Of a stretch of 64,000 bases of DNA, positions 38,919 to 48,475 are shown in pieces; the stretch's first letter is position 1; every line of letters starts with the position of its first letter. The notes beneath the pieces were generated by a model. That model made no database searches. It had not been told where the DNA came from and saw only the letters and a list, made by a program, of their open reading frames with translations. Both the position numbers and the translations under genes were made by a program. The DNA comes from a virus, in the IMG/VR virus record IMGVR_UViG_3300025030_000071, positions 22,749-86,748 of that record; one strand, written 5' to 3'.

Positions 38919-41581
38919 TGGCCCAGGCTAGAAATTTATCTTTAATTGACAGGCCACAAAGTAAAAGACTCTTTAGAGATCTAACAGGATGGAAGTGGGA
39001 TGCAGGCTCTTGGAGGGATCAAGCCCATTCCAATAGAGAGGTTAAACTCCCTGATCTAGGCGTTATCGATCTTACAGGTCTCAACAAAAAGTTCTATCGT
39101 AGTGGTTGCCTGCTTCCTGGAGGACATCTAGATTTAGAAGAGGTTCGTTTTGAGAACGAACACTACTTAACTGGTTGGACTCCTGGGGTTAGGAGAGGTA
39201 CTTACTATATCCACAACCAACCTTCTTATTTGCACGGCTCTGAAAGTCTCCTGTTACTGGTCCGCGACCAAACAAACAACGATACTGAACTACGTTCAGT
39301 TGTAGACCTCCAGCACCAACCAGATCCCTCTCTGCCTATTATAGTAGAATATCTATCAAGGAATACTTCTACATTAGGCATTGAACCTTCTTCAATATTT
39401 AATCAAGTAAGTACTTTCACTGGTATTCGAGTAAACGGCATTGAACATAATGGAGATATCTTTGGTCAGATGGACACTTCCAAAGATGAATTCAAGATTG
39501 TTCAGAACGATTCAGACCCAGTACTTAATTTATCCATTATAGAAGGCGAGAACTACTCAGCCTTCCAACTCAATATCTATCATATAGATTTAGAAACAGA
39601 TCCTATCCATTGGTGGAAAGTCCAATTCTCCAAACCAAACATCTTCCGAAATGAATTAAGCTTTTCAGATTTCGTGGTGGGCCATGCACTTGGGACATTA
39701 ATTGAAGGTGACTACGCAATTGGTTATGATGGTACTTGGGCAGAAGGTCTGGGCGTCCGAGTCTTCCTCGAAAGAAGTCACCCCAATTATGGAACTATAA
39801 GCTACAAACCCGCTGAATCAGCTACCCTAACATTCAATAAGGATGTCCTAATTGACCGAACCACTTCGTTTGACCCAATAGCCGGTGAGAATACTTATTA
39901 CCTCCCCAATTTTCCTGTCCTAGATCTTTCAATGTACCAGGAAGGGGAATTAGCTGGAGCCTTATTGCTCGACACAGCAAGCCTAGAACTAACCGTTGAC
40001 GCTGTAGCCTGGACCAGAGTTCAAGACCTTACTGATGTTGGGGTCGCAGATGATGATCTGGTTTTCGAACTAGACCCACTTTGGGGAGAAATCAGATTTG
40101 GTAAAGCAGGCATTGATGATATCCACGGGGCACTTCCAGAAGGGCTTATTGAGATAACTTGGAAACAGGTTCCCCTAATCAGATACGATACTATTTCCAA
40201 TAATGAAATCTTTTTTGATTCTAGAGAAGACTTAGACCCACAAGTAAATGCCCTTAAACATGGCTTCTTAGTTCTAGATACAAAGCGTTTAATTCCTCAT
40301 AAGATTACCTTAACTGCATTAGGCCCAATTAGCAAACACGACAACGGAGATTGTTTTTGGGGGCCATTGGACATCCCAGCTACTAGCACAGATGATATCT
40401 TAACTCTCAGAGCTAGAGTAACGGCCAGAGGCAATCCCCCAATGCCTGTTGCTAATATTCCTGTTCAGTTTAATTCCATAGATGGGCTGATGCATTTCTC
40501 GCAAGAATTTGCAGTTACAGACGGAGATGGTTGCGCTTATACCGAATCATTTGGTAAGGGACATTTTGACGAGTACGTAGTTGCAGTCTGGATGTACGAA
40601 CCGATGGACTCTGACCAAATCAACTATCTAAACCCACATCCTCATACCCTTGTCGCTCATATACCAGAGTGGGGATTCCCAATTGTTGGTGGTGATACAC
40701 TTATTATTCCTGAGACTTTAGAAGCAGAACTTTCTGAAGTTTATCTTCTTGTTACAAGTATACCAGCCGAGGGCGCTGATCTTCTAGATTACGCAGCACT
40801 GCCTCGTCTAGAAGACGAGTACCTAACTCCATTCAACGGTAAGACAAGACAAAATGGTTTAACCGTTGTGTGGCATACGACATCTGACGGCGCCGAAAAG
40901 ATAGTTCACCCAACAGCGATTGTTGAAGGTCCAATGCCCGGAACATCAGCTATTACTTTCCCCATTGACCTTCCTACTGGACATTTGATAGTTGCCTATA
41001 AGCTTGTTATTGATAGAACAGCATTCGTAAATGCAAATACTGTTGAAGATCCAATCCTTACAAGCAACCAAATTGAAATTTTACTTTCGTTGGATGACAC
41101 GATGACAGGACAATGGAAACTCCCAAACTTGCTGCCTCCTGACTGGGATGGTTTTCATGAAGAAGAACCTTCTGGTCCTAATATGGATTCTTCAAGAATA
41201 AGCTCAGCAGTTTATATGTCTCCTAATGATTTTGAAGTTCTTAATATAGTACTTGCAGGAGATGGCCCAGGTGACGCAATAAACTCAGCTGTTGTTGGAA
41301 CTGATATTGATCTAATAGGCACAAGCTTCCCTGCCACTGGTGAACTTGATGTCTCTGTATTTATAATAAAAGCAGATGTTGATGGGAATATAATTTCAGT
41401 TAAAGATATTACTTCTAGTTCAGCAGTAATAGATTCAACCAGATTAAGAATCACTTCTTTGCCAGTGCCGCCAACTGAAGAATACGAAGTAGAATATTGG
41501 ATAGCTGTTGGAGGTTTCCACCCCGCAGATGTAGATGGTGTGAGAAAAACCGCTGTTACTTTAACAATCCTTGAGGCTTAA
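38918..41581 (+). CDS. Baseplate/virion structural protein with Ig-like domain
   Basis: 'W.RV.DL.......VFELDP..GEIRFG......G..P' wedge-type motif; Big_1-like 'PVANIPVQF.......F.....TDGDG.A'. Confidence 0.6.
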   Translation: MAQARNLSLIDRPQSKRLFRDLTGWKWDAGSWRDQAHSNREVKLPDLGVIDLTGLNKKFYRSGCLLPGGHLDLEEVRFENEHYLTGWTPGVRRGTYYIHNQPSYLHGSESLLLLVRDQTNNDTELRSVVDLQHQPDPSLPIIVEYLSRNTSTLGIEPSSIFNQVSTFTGIRVNGIEHNGDIFGQMDTSKDEFKIVQNDSDPVLNLSIIEGENYSAFQLNIYHIDLETDPIHWWKVQFSKPNIFRNELSFSDFVVGHALGTLIEGDYAIGYDGTWAEGLGVRVFLERSHPNYGTISYKPAESATLTFNKDVLIDRTTSFDPIAGENTYYLPNFPVLDLSMYQEGELAGALLLDTASLELTVDAVAWTRVQDLTDVGVADDDLVFELDPLWGEIRFGKAGIDDIHGALPEGLIEITWKQVPLIRYDTISNNEIFFDSREDLDPQVNALKHGFLVLDTKRLIPHKITLTALGPISKHDNGDCFWGPLDIPATSTDDILTLRARVTARGNPPMPVANIPVQFNSIDGLMHFSQEFAVTDGDGCAYTESFGKGHFDEYVVAVWMYEPMDSDQINYLNPHPHTLVAHIPEWGFPIVGGDTLIIPETLEAELSEVYLLVTSIPAEGADLLDYAALPRLEDEYLTPFNGKTRQNGLTVVWHTTSDGAEKIVHPTAIVEGPMPGTSAITFPIDLPTGHLIVAYKLVIDRTAFVNANTVEDPILTSNQIEILLSLDDTMTGQWKLPNLLPPDWDGFHEEEPSGPNMDSSRISSAVYMSPNDFEVLNIVLAGDGPGDAINSAVVGTDIDLIGTSFPATGELDVSVFIIKADVDGNIISVKDITSSSAVIDSTRLRITSLPVPPTEEYEVEYWIAVGGFHPADVDGVRKTAVTLTILEA

Positions 41582-41583
41582 TC

Positions 41584-43947
41584 ATGTCTGATTTAAATCT
41601 TCTTAATATCCCAGTCGAATTTGTTGATGGGCAGCAACCTACTGCGGCTTTTCTAAACGCGGCGTTCGGCCAAATTGATACAGCCTTTCAAATCTTAGGC
41701 AATATCATAGGGGATTACTTTGGCGATTCAACTAGCTTAGATACTTACCTGACAAGCTTTGTTAATGCAATAGGCAGCTTGGGCTGGATCAATACCAGGC
41801 TCCCAAGAGATACAAAAGCCAGAACTGCTGGTGGCGCAGATGACACCACTTATATAAAGGACAAAATTGGTATTGCATTTGCTGGCAAGAAAGAAGCAAT
41901 CCTAGCTTTTCAGCCAGATGCAGAAGAGGCCACAAGCGCAGGAGTGACAGGCTTTGGTCTTGGCACCGAAAAAGACAAAGTAGTTGGTGCTCCTTACGAA
42001 AACCTAGATGTGGCTGGCCAGTGGGTCCTTGACGGTCGTCGAGTCGTATCCTCCTCTTTGATTGAAGCTGCTGACTATGTAGTCTATCCAATTGACACTG
42101 ATGCTGATGATTACTATGATTCTTACGCTCCTGACAGTGGAGCAAATGTTATTCCTAATATTTATGATATTGCAAGAGAAGCACAAGACCTTTGTACTAT
42201 AAGTGCTTACCCAGCTGGTGACCCAGAGGACTTCCTTCTAACCTTCCCAATTATCAGAAGAATACAAAATCCAATTGCTCCATTTAGTACAGAAAATGCC
42301 GATACCATAGACCTTAGTCTTTCGGGTGAATCTATACATTGGTCAACTGATGCTGGCGCATTACCAGCCGAAAATCTAATGCCTACTTATGTAGTGCCAC
42401 CTTTCATTTATCAAATCGCTTCAGCACCAGGTCAAGGACTAATCATTCCTTCTGGCTTAGTCTCTCTTTGGTGCAAGAATGGAGATTCAATCCAACGAGT
42501 GAGACCTGGCCTAGATACTGAAGAAATCACTTTCAAGATCGAAGCAGGTACGCGCAGGGCAATCAAGATCACTGTCCCTGACAGCCTTTCTGGTGATATG
42601 CCACACCAATTAGCAGACCCACCAGACTCACTTGATGACCAATATATTTTAGTTTTTGCTGGCACAACAATAGCAGAAGCACTTATCCACGAAAGAGCAG
42701 GCGCTTTACGCCATACTCACGATGGCCATGATGATTCTTATCCCATCTTAACTCAGAGTCTGAGCGAGCGATTTGATCCTGCTAATTGGTATCCATCCTT
42801 AAACCTTTATAACCATTTTCCACAGTATCTACATCGTGGAGGTTATACAGCCAACCAGGATCCCCTGAACAGAGACAACGCTTTCTTAGGAGACTTCCTG
42901 TTAGGAACCTCTATATCGCTACCTACGAATCAGATTGGAGAATCTTCTGCTTCAGATAATTCACACAAACTTTATATCGGCAGTACAGTTACGCCTTACT
43001 TGCAATGGAGAGCTGAAACAAATGACCCGGCCTTGGTTCTTGGCTATGAAGAAAATAATGCCTTAGGAATAAGAATACAAGGCAAGCTCTATTTAGGTCC
43101 TTTAGCCCAATCCACCTACTTTATTTCTGAGATACCAGCAGCAACATTCAGAAAAGTTTCCCTGAAAACGGGAGCAACAGAGGCTATCGCTGATACTAAT
43201 CTAGAATTTTCAGCAGGGACCTTAGAAGCCAGGGCAGGCATAGTGGAGTTTGACGACGCTGAAGACCCATTATGTCTAGAAAATGATGGGTTATTAGGGA
43301 CTGGGTATACAAGGCTTGCCTTAAGAAAAACAGGCTCAACGGTGACGACTCAGATGAGCGTGGGCGAGCTATCAGTATACAAAATAAAACCAGAAGACCT
43401 AGTCAAAACTGATAAAATTTTCATATCTGCAATGGATTTTCGGAAAGACAAAGTGCTTGAGTCCACCCTAATAACAGAAGATAGTTCTGGGTATGCATAC
43501 TGGACCTTAGTGGATGTTGGCATACACTCATTCTATACCAATCTAAATAAATATTGTCAAAAAAAATTGGCTGGTATAGACACGGATATTTATATACAAA
43601 AAATACATATTATATATGCACCAGCAAATGACACAGCTGGCGACTTTTTACAGTCACTAGTATACAAAATAAGTACTTGGGATGGAGAGGGGGTTTTTGA
43701 CCCAGATGCCACCGTAGAGACTTTAGACACAAGCGATACGATAGACCCAACGACATCATTCTCAGACCCAGATCTAGATGGCTTTTCTGACTGGTGCATA
43801 TATACAATTGACAGTTTTGATAACTACCCACTGCTTGGCATACCAATTGATGGCGATGGGTCTTATCCACTAGAAATACGATGGACCAAAGTTAATTCTG
43901 GCGGGAATTTTGCCGGAGTACATCTTGAATATAAGATAAACGTTTAA
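41584..43947 (+). CDS. Tail fibre / receptor-binding-like protein
   Basis: N-term 'FVDGQQPTAA.LN.AF.QI' anchor, 'HTHDG' and 'HFPQYLHR.G' fibre motifs. Confidence 0.55.
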   Translation: MSDLNLLNIPVEFVDGQQPTAAFLNAAFGQIDTAFQILGNIIGDYFGDSTSLDTYLTSFVNAIGSLGWINTRLPRDTKARTAGGADDTTYIKDKIGIAFAGKKEAILAFQPDAEEATSAGVTGFGLGTEKDKVVGAPYENLDVAGQWVLDGRRVVSSSLIEAADYVVYPIDTDADDYYDSYAPDSGANVIPNIYDIAREAQDLCTISAYPAGDPEDFLLTFPIIRRIQNPIAPFSTENADTIDLSLSGESIHWSTDAGALPAENLMPTYVVPPFIYQIASAPGQGLIIPSGLVSLWCKNGDSIQRVRPGLDTEEITFKIEAGTRRAIKITVPDSLSGDMPHQLADPPDSLDDQYILVFAGTTIAEALIHERAGALRHTHDGHDDSYPILTQSLSERFDPANWYPSLNLYNHFPQYLHRGGYTANQDPLNRDNAFLGDFLLGTSISLPTNQIGESSASDNSHKLYIGSTVTPYLQWRAETNDPALVLGYEENNALGIRIQGKLYLGPLAQSTYFISEIPAATFRKVSLKTGATEAIADTNLEFSAGTLEARAGIVEFDDAEDPLCLENDGLLGTGYTRLALRKTGSTVTTQMSVGELSVYKIKPEDLVKTDKIFISAMDFRKDKVLESTLITEDSSGYAYWTLVDVGIHSFYTNLNKYCQKKLAGIDTDIYIQKIHIIYAPANDTAGDFLQSLVYKISTWDGEGVFDPDATVETLDTSDTIDPTTSFSDPDLDGFSDWCIYTIDSFDNYPLLGIPIDGDGSYPLEIRWTKVNSGGNFAGVHLEYKINV

Positions 43948-43948
43948 A

Positions 43949-46144
43949 ATGCTTCCAATCAAATTCAACATAAACCAAGTTCCAAGCTCTCACGTAATAG
44001 CAGACATCGAATTATCTCTGCAAGACGACTACAGGAATCTTGTTTACGTTGGCAAGCCTCAGCCTGACCAAGTGCCTATATCTTATATAGGAATGCCTGA
44101 ACCTTCTGTCCTTGATATTGATATTTATGATTCCAATGAATCTCCTCGCTCTTTAGAGATCATTGAGAACTCATATATAACAAGATTTAGAAGAAGATTT
44201 ACTCAGAAGGAATTCTTTCTGTCAGTAAAGGACGCCCTTATAACTGATGTAGTAAATGTTGATGATAGTGGCACGCCAATACCCCTCTTCTACAAGCATG
44301 TAATAAGCGACAGCTTTGCTGCTGAGCCTGAAGTCCTCGACCAAGATCTAAGACCAGTCCCAGCTTCTAGCTATAAACTTCTAGTAACTGATAATGAAAT
44401 TGCCCTTTGCCACAATCTAGATCCTACATACAACGATATCAATCGTAATGTAACTATCTACTATATTAGATATACTAACCTAGCTGGCGAATCTATATTC
44501 TCGCTGTTAGAATCTGCATCAGTATTTAAGAGAGCAAACTTAATTGATGGCCTTAACAGGTGGAACAGGACTTATACTACAAGAAGAAGAGGCACAAACT
44601 ACAAGTTTAATATTCTATTTGCTGGCAACGGTCCCTTCTTTCTGAAGGCGACCCAAGAGCACCAGATCAAATTAAACAAGCCTCTCTTTATCCAGCCAAA
44701 TTCTCCTTGGAATTTAAGGATTAGTGATGGAGAGATTTCTGCTGCCTACCCAGTTGGCGGAGTAGAAAGATATTCAATACCAGAATATCACCTCCAGCAA
44801 TTCAGCCCAATTGAGCCAACCCAGTTAATCAATACAGCCGAATGCCTGCAACTAACTGATCATATAGTTAAAACTCCATACAACCATTTGCTAGATGACG
44901 TTGATCATATTATCGATGTTCTAGTTACAGACAGTTCATTCATCCCTAAGTACGGTTGGACTACGGGTCCGGTAAACCCTCCTAGGGTTTGGGTAGACAG
45001 ACTAGACAGGTGGCGAGCCCAGGGGGATGCCTTTAATTTTGAGCTAGCTCCTAAATCAAGAGGGTTCTCAGTTAACAAGTTCCATGGGTTCCTGCATATA
45101 CCAGCAGTTTTAGAACCAACCGATAGAGTATTTATAAGGGCTCACAGAGAGGTGAGAGATTACACCTACCTGAATCTTAACTTGAATCCACTACATAATC
45201 GCCTAATGAATACTTGCAGGGCTATTGTTTACGTGATACCCGAGTCCTCAGTAAATGAAATGCAGACTTCAATCTACCATATTCTAGTAGACGAGAATGA
45301 TGATATTGTTAGTTGGAATGACCCAAGGCTTGGTGACGAAGAACTTATAGCTGGACTAGTGCCAGGAGAAGGCGAAACAGGCTTGGGTTTATTTAAGACA
45401 GAGTTCCCAACAAACCTGATAGTAGGAACGGTTTCGGTGAATAGAGGAATTGCTCTTTCAGATCTAACATTTATAGATGTTAGAGAAAAAGGAAATACCC
45501 TAACTGCACAGACACTAAGCCGTCTCCCCGAGCTACTAGAGACTTACCCCGAACTACTCTGGCTTGCGGATGAAACCTTATCAGGCAGAAGTATCCCAAT
45601 ACTAGGAGCTTTTAAAGTTGAGGCTCCATTTGAGATACTTGAAGAGGCTGGTGGCGATTTTACAAGAGAAACAATAAATAATATTGTCCATCGACATATG
45701 GCCGTTGGCTCTCACCCTATAATTGATTACTATGCCGATATCCCTTACATATTAGACTTGTTGTTTGACGCCACGGCTAAAACATTAAAGGTCACTTGGA
45801 CAGGTATTGACCAAGCAGACAACTATAGAATCTACTTAGGTGATAAGCCAAGGGCTATTTACTACAGCCATGAAGCTGTCGGGGCAGAAAGTTCTATCTT
45901 TGAAGGGGCATTTGAGGAAACAATTCAGTTAGCAGGAGCCGATGCTTCTGCTGATATTGACCTCACCGCCTTAGACACAATCTATGTTTATATCGCTCCA
46001 CTAAAAGATGGTACCGAATGGCCAGCAAGCAGAGTAGGCAAGATCGACATCACCCAAACAAACAACATAGTTGTTTTAGCTTTCTCGGCGATACTTACAT
46101 CTCCACCAACTGTTTCATTAATAATCAACGCGATTATCGAGTAA
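43949..46144 (+). CDS. Virion structural protein with C-terminal FN3-like strand pattern
   Basis: 731 aa; 'LKVTWTGIDQADNYRIY' FN3-like; coupled within baseplate block. Confidence 0.55.
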   Translation: MLPIKFNINQVPSSHVIADIELSLQDDYRNLVYVGKPQPDQVPISYIGMPEPSVLDIDIYDSNESPRSLEIIENSYITRFRRRFTQKEFFLSVKDALITDVVNVDDSGTPIPLFYKHVISDSFAAEPEVLDQDLRPVPASSYKLLVTDNEIALCHNLDPTYNDINRNVTIYYIRYTNLAGESIFSLLESASVFKRANLIDGLNRWNRTYTTRRRGTNYKFNILFAGNGPFFLKATQEHQIKLNKPLFIQPNSPWNLRISDGEISAAYPVGGVERYSIPEYHLQQFSPIEPTQLINTAECLQLTDHIVKTPYNHLLDDVDHIIDVLVTDSSFIPKYGWTTGPVNPPRVWVDRLDRWRAQGDAFNFELAPKSRGFSVNKFHGFLHIPAVLEPTDRVFIRAHREVRDYTYLNLNLNPLHNRLMNTCRAIVYVIPESSVNEMQTSIYHILVDENDDIVSWNDPRLGDEELIAGLVPGEGETGLGLFKTEFPTNLIVGTVSVNRGIALSDLTFIDVREKGNTLTAQTLSRLPELLETYPELLWLADETLSGRSIPILGAFKVEAPFEILEEAGGDFTRETINNIVHRHMAVGSHPIIDYYADIPYILDLLFDATAKTLKVTWTGIDQADNYRIYLGDKPRAIYYSHEAVGAESSIFEGAFEETIQLAGADASADIDLTALDTIYVYIAPLKDGTEWPASRVGKIDITQTNNIVVLAFSAILTSPPTVSLIINAIIE

Positions 46145-46148
46145 TAAT

Positions 46149-46694
46149 ATGGCAGGTTGGCTAGCAAGAGGCTCAGATGGAAACGTCCTAGAAGAACTAG
46201 TCTTTAGTAATCTTACTCCTGGTACCACTGAGATCATCAGTATATCCTTTGAATATCGAGGGTTTAGACCAACTAAAGTCTATGGGTTTTATTTAAGACC
46301 AATTGCTGAACCTCTCTACGAAGGAAGCAACAATCCAATAATTGATCCAGCTGAACTTATTCGTTGGGCAGATGAATACACACTGGCTCCAGCAATGGAA
46401 TCTGAGAACCCAGGAATGGAAATATCACAAACTGACCCAGACGGGTTAGTAGTAATCACCCAGGTTAAGTCTGGTACTGGCGATGCCGAATGGTCTTACC
46501 TAGAATATGTAGGGCATCAAGGTGGCTACGTTAGATTAGGCGATAGGGTTAGCTTAGGCATCAGAATAACAACTCCTTTAGCTTCTAATAAGGAAATATC
46601 CAAAGCAGCAAGATATCATTTCCTGTTAGACATTATTGCAGAAGAAGTTAACTTCAATCTGGTCGACATCCTACTGCCCGAAGGTGAGTGCTAA
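46149..46694 (+). CDS. Small structural protein
   Basis: 181 aa beta-rich ORF. Confidence 0.6.
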   Translation: MAGWLARGSDGNVLEELVFSNLTPGTTEIISISFEYRGFRPTKVYGFYLRPIAEPLYEGSNNPIIDPAELIRWADEYTLAPAMESENPGMEISQTDPDGLVVITQVKSGTGDAEWSYLEYVGHQGGYVRLGDRVSLGIRITTPLASNKEISKAARYHFLLDIIAEEVNFNLVDILLPEGEC

Positions 46695-48475
46695 TGGGTA
46701 AGATATTAGACAAGTTCATTTCTACAATGCCCAAGCTCCAAGCCAGGAGTATTGAGAAAGAGCTACTGCGCCAGGAAAACAGAATCCTTTACAGCTCCCC
46801 TCAGCAATTCAGAGAAGAGTTTGTACGTCGTCTTACCTCTTTGTTAGAATCGGATTACAATGCTCAATTTGCTGCTTATCCTATTCTTGATGGCGAAAGA
46901 AGATCCTCTGAACTCTTTAACTATATGTTCAGAATCATTGGTGGTGATCTTGAAACCCTCTTTACAGAAGCAGACTTAATTGCTGAGCTTTCAGATCTAC
47001 AAACAAGAATCTATGAACAAGATATCATCTTTAGACTCTCAGCAGCTTTAGCTGAAGCAGAAACTGAAGTAGAACTTCTAGAACTCTTATTAAGCAATAC
47101 TGCTGGTCTTAAAGACGCAGTTATCGAAAACTTTAGAACTGGCAGTAACAGCCTAACTAGAAATCATCCTCTAGCTTCCTTCTTGTATATTGATCCAAAA
47201 ACCAATCATCAATATGGCCCAGCTTCAGAGATGGTAGTTGATGTTTCTGTTGGCGGACTTACCTTGCCAATTGACATAAGAAAAGCTCACCGCCCAACTG
47301 CAATAAAAGAAATCACAACAAGAGATATCAGAGATAATGACCAGCAATTTGTTCTCCCCGGCAGCGTCACTCCCAGCACTCCATCAAATAGAATAGTAAC
47401 TGGTGAAATAAGCAATCTGATCGATGGCCAATACGATACCACCTTTGTTCGGATGTTCACTGTCAACCAGTTAGTTTCTGGCGGGGCAAAGATGACCCTA
47501 TTACTTGACCTTGGAAGACCAAGAACTGCTAATTACATTACCATTGATCCAGCAAATGAATATAACCAAAAACTAACTGAACTATACTATGTTGATTCAC
47601 TTGCTAAAGTTTATGCAATTAATCTCCCAACTGATGGGGTTTCTTTAGCTGACAAGGCGATGGTCCATTTTAACCCAGTTGAAACACAGTCCTTAGTCTT
47701 AGTATTTAAACAAGAAAATGATGTTCTAGTTCCTGAATTGAATGCAGGTAACGTCCAAAAATATCGTTATACTTTTGGGCTAGATAATATTTCAGTTGGG
47801 GAAACAAGTTATCTTAAAGAAGGAGTTTATGTTTCTAGGACTTTATCTGCTGACAAGATATCTAAACTCCATCTTAAAACAACACAAAACACAAACATCG
47901 GTTTAGATGAAAACGAAGCCGAACTAGATCCAATCACAAGCCCATTGCCGACTCTTGAATACTGGGTGCACTTTAGAGAAATCGATGATAGCAACAACAT
48001 AGTTTCTCAGCTATTGCCAATTGCGCCTGTAGGAATGGAAACGATAAGAGAAAAGATATATATACAGCACAATGGAAAAGCTAGATTGAACTTTACTGTT
48101 GATCACGAGATGGCAGATGATGATGCAAGCTTAAGGCTTTATAGAGATGGGACCTTAGTGCTTAGAGATGCAGATTATACAATCGATGTTCCTGGAGTAG
48201 TTACAATCGGTTCGATACTGACAGTAGATAGAGGCTTTCAAGAGGAACATGAGTATATCGCAGAGTATATCCCCTGGCACCAAGACCAAACTAAAATACC
48301 ATTTACAGATGCTACAGAACTTGTAAGATACAACCCAGATAATACGATAGACATAACACGCCCTGCTTCTTCAAGAGCAGTAAGGTCAGAAGCTAACCTC
48401 ATTATTATCATGAGGGGAACTGGCACTGACGAAATGACTTCTATATTAGACAAATATGTCTTCTCGGTAGGCTAA
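46694..48475 (+). CDS. Virion structural protein, paralog A (helical N-term + discoidin-like domain)
   Basis: Start taken at the TAATG overlap (46694); 'NLIDGQYDTTF...LLLDLG.PR.ANYI.IDP'. Confidence 0.6.
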   Translation: MGKILDKFISTMPKLQARSIEKELLRQENRILYSSPQQFREEFVRRLTSLLESDYNAQFAAYPILDGERRSSELFNYMFRIIGGDLETLFTEADLIAELSDLQTRIYEQDIIFRLSAALAEAETEVELLELLLSNTAGLKDAVIENFRTGSNSLTRNHPLASFLYIDPKTNHQYGPASEMVVDVSVGGLTLPIDIRKAHRPTAIKEITTRDIRDNDQQFVLPGSVTPSTPSNRIVTGEISNLIDGQYDTTFVRMFTVNQLVSGGAKMTLLLDLGRPRTANYITIDPANEYNQKLTELYYVDSLAKVYAINLPTDGVSLADKAMVHFNPVETQSLVLVFKQENDVLVPELNAGNVQKYRYTFGLDNISVGETSYLKEGVYVSRTLSADKISKLHLKTTQNTNIGLDENEAELDPITSPLPTLEYWVHFREIDDSNNIVSQLLPIAPVGMETIREKIYIQHNGKARLNFTVDHEMADDDASLRLYRDGTLVLRDADYTIDVPGVVTIGSILTVDRGFQEEHEYIAEYIPWHQDQTKIPFTDATELVRYNPDNTIDITRPASSRAVRSEANLIIIMRGTGTDEMTSILDKYVFSVG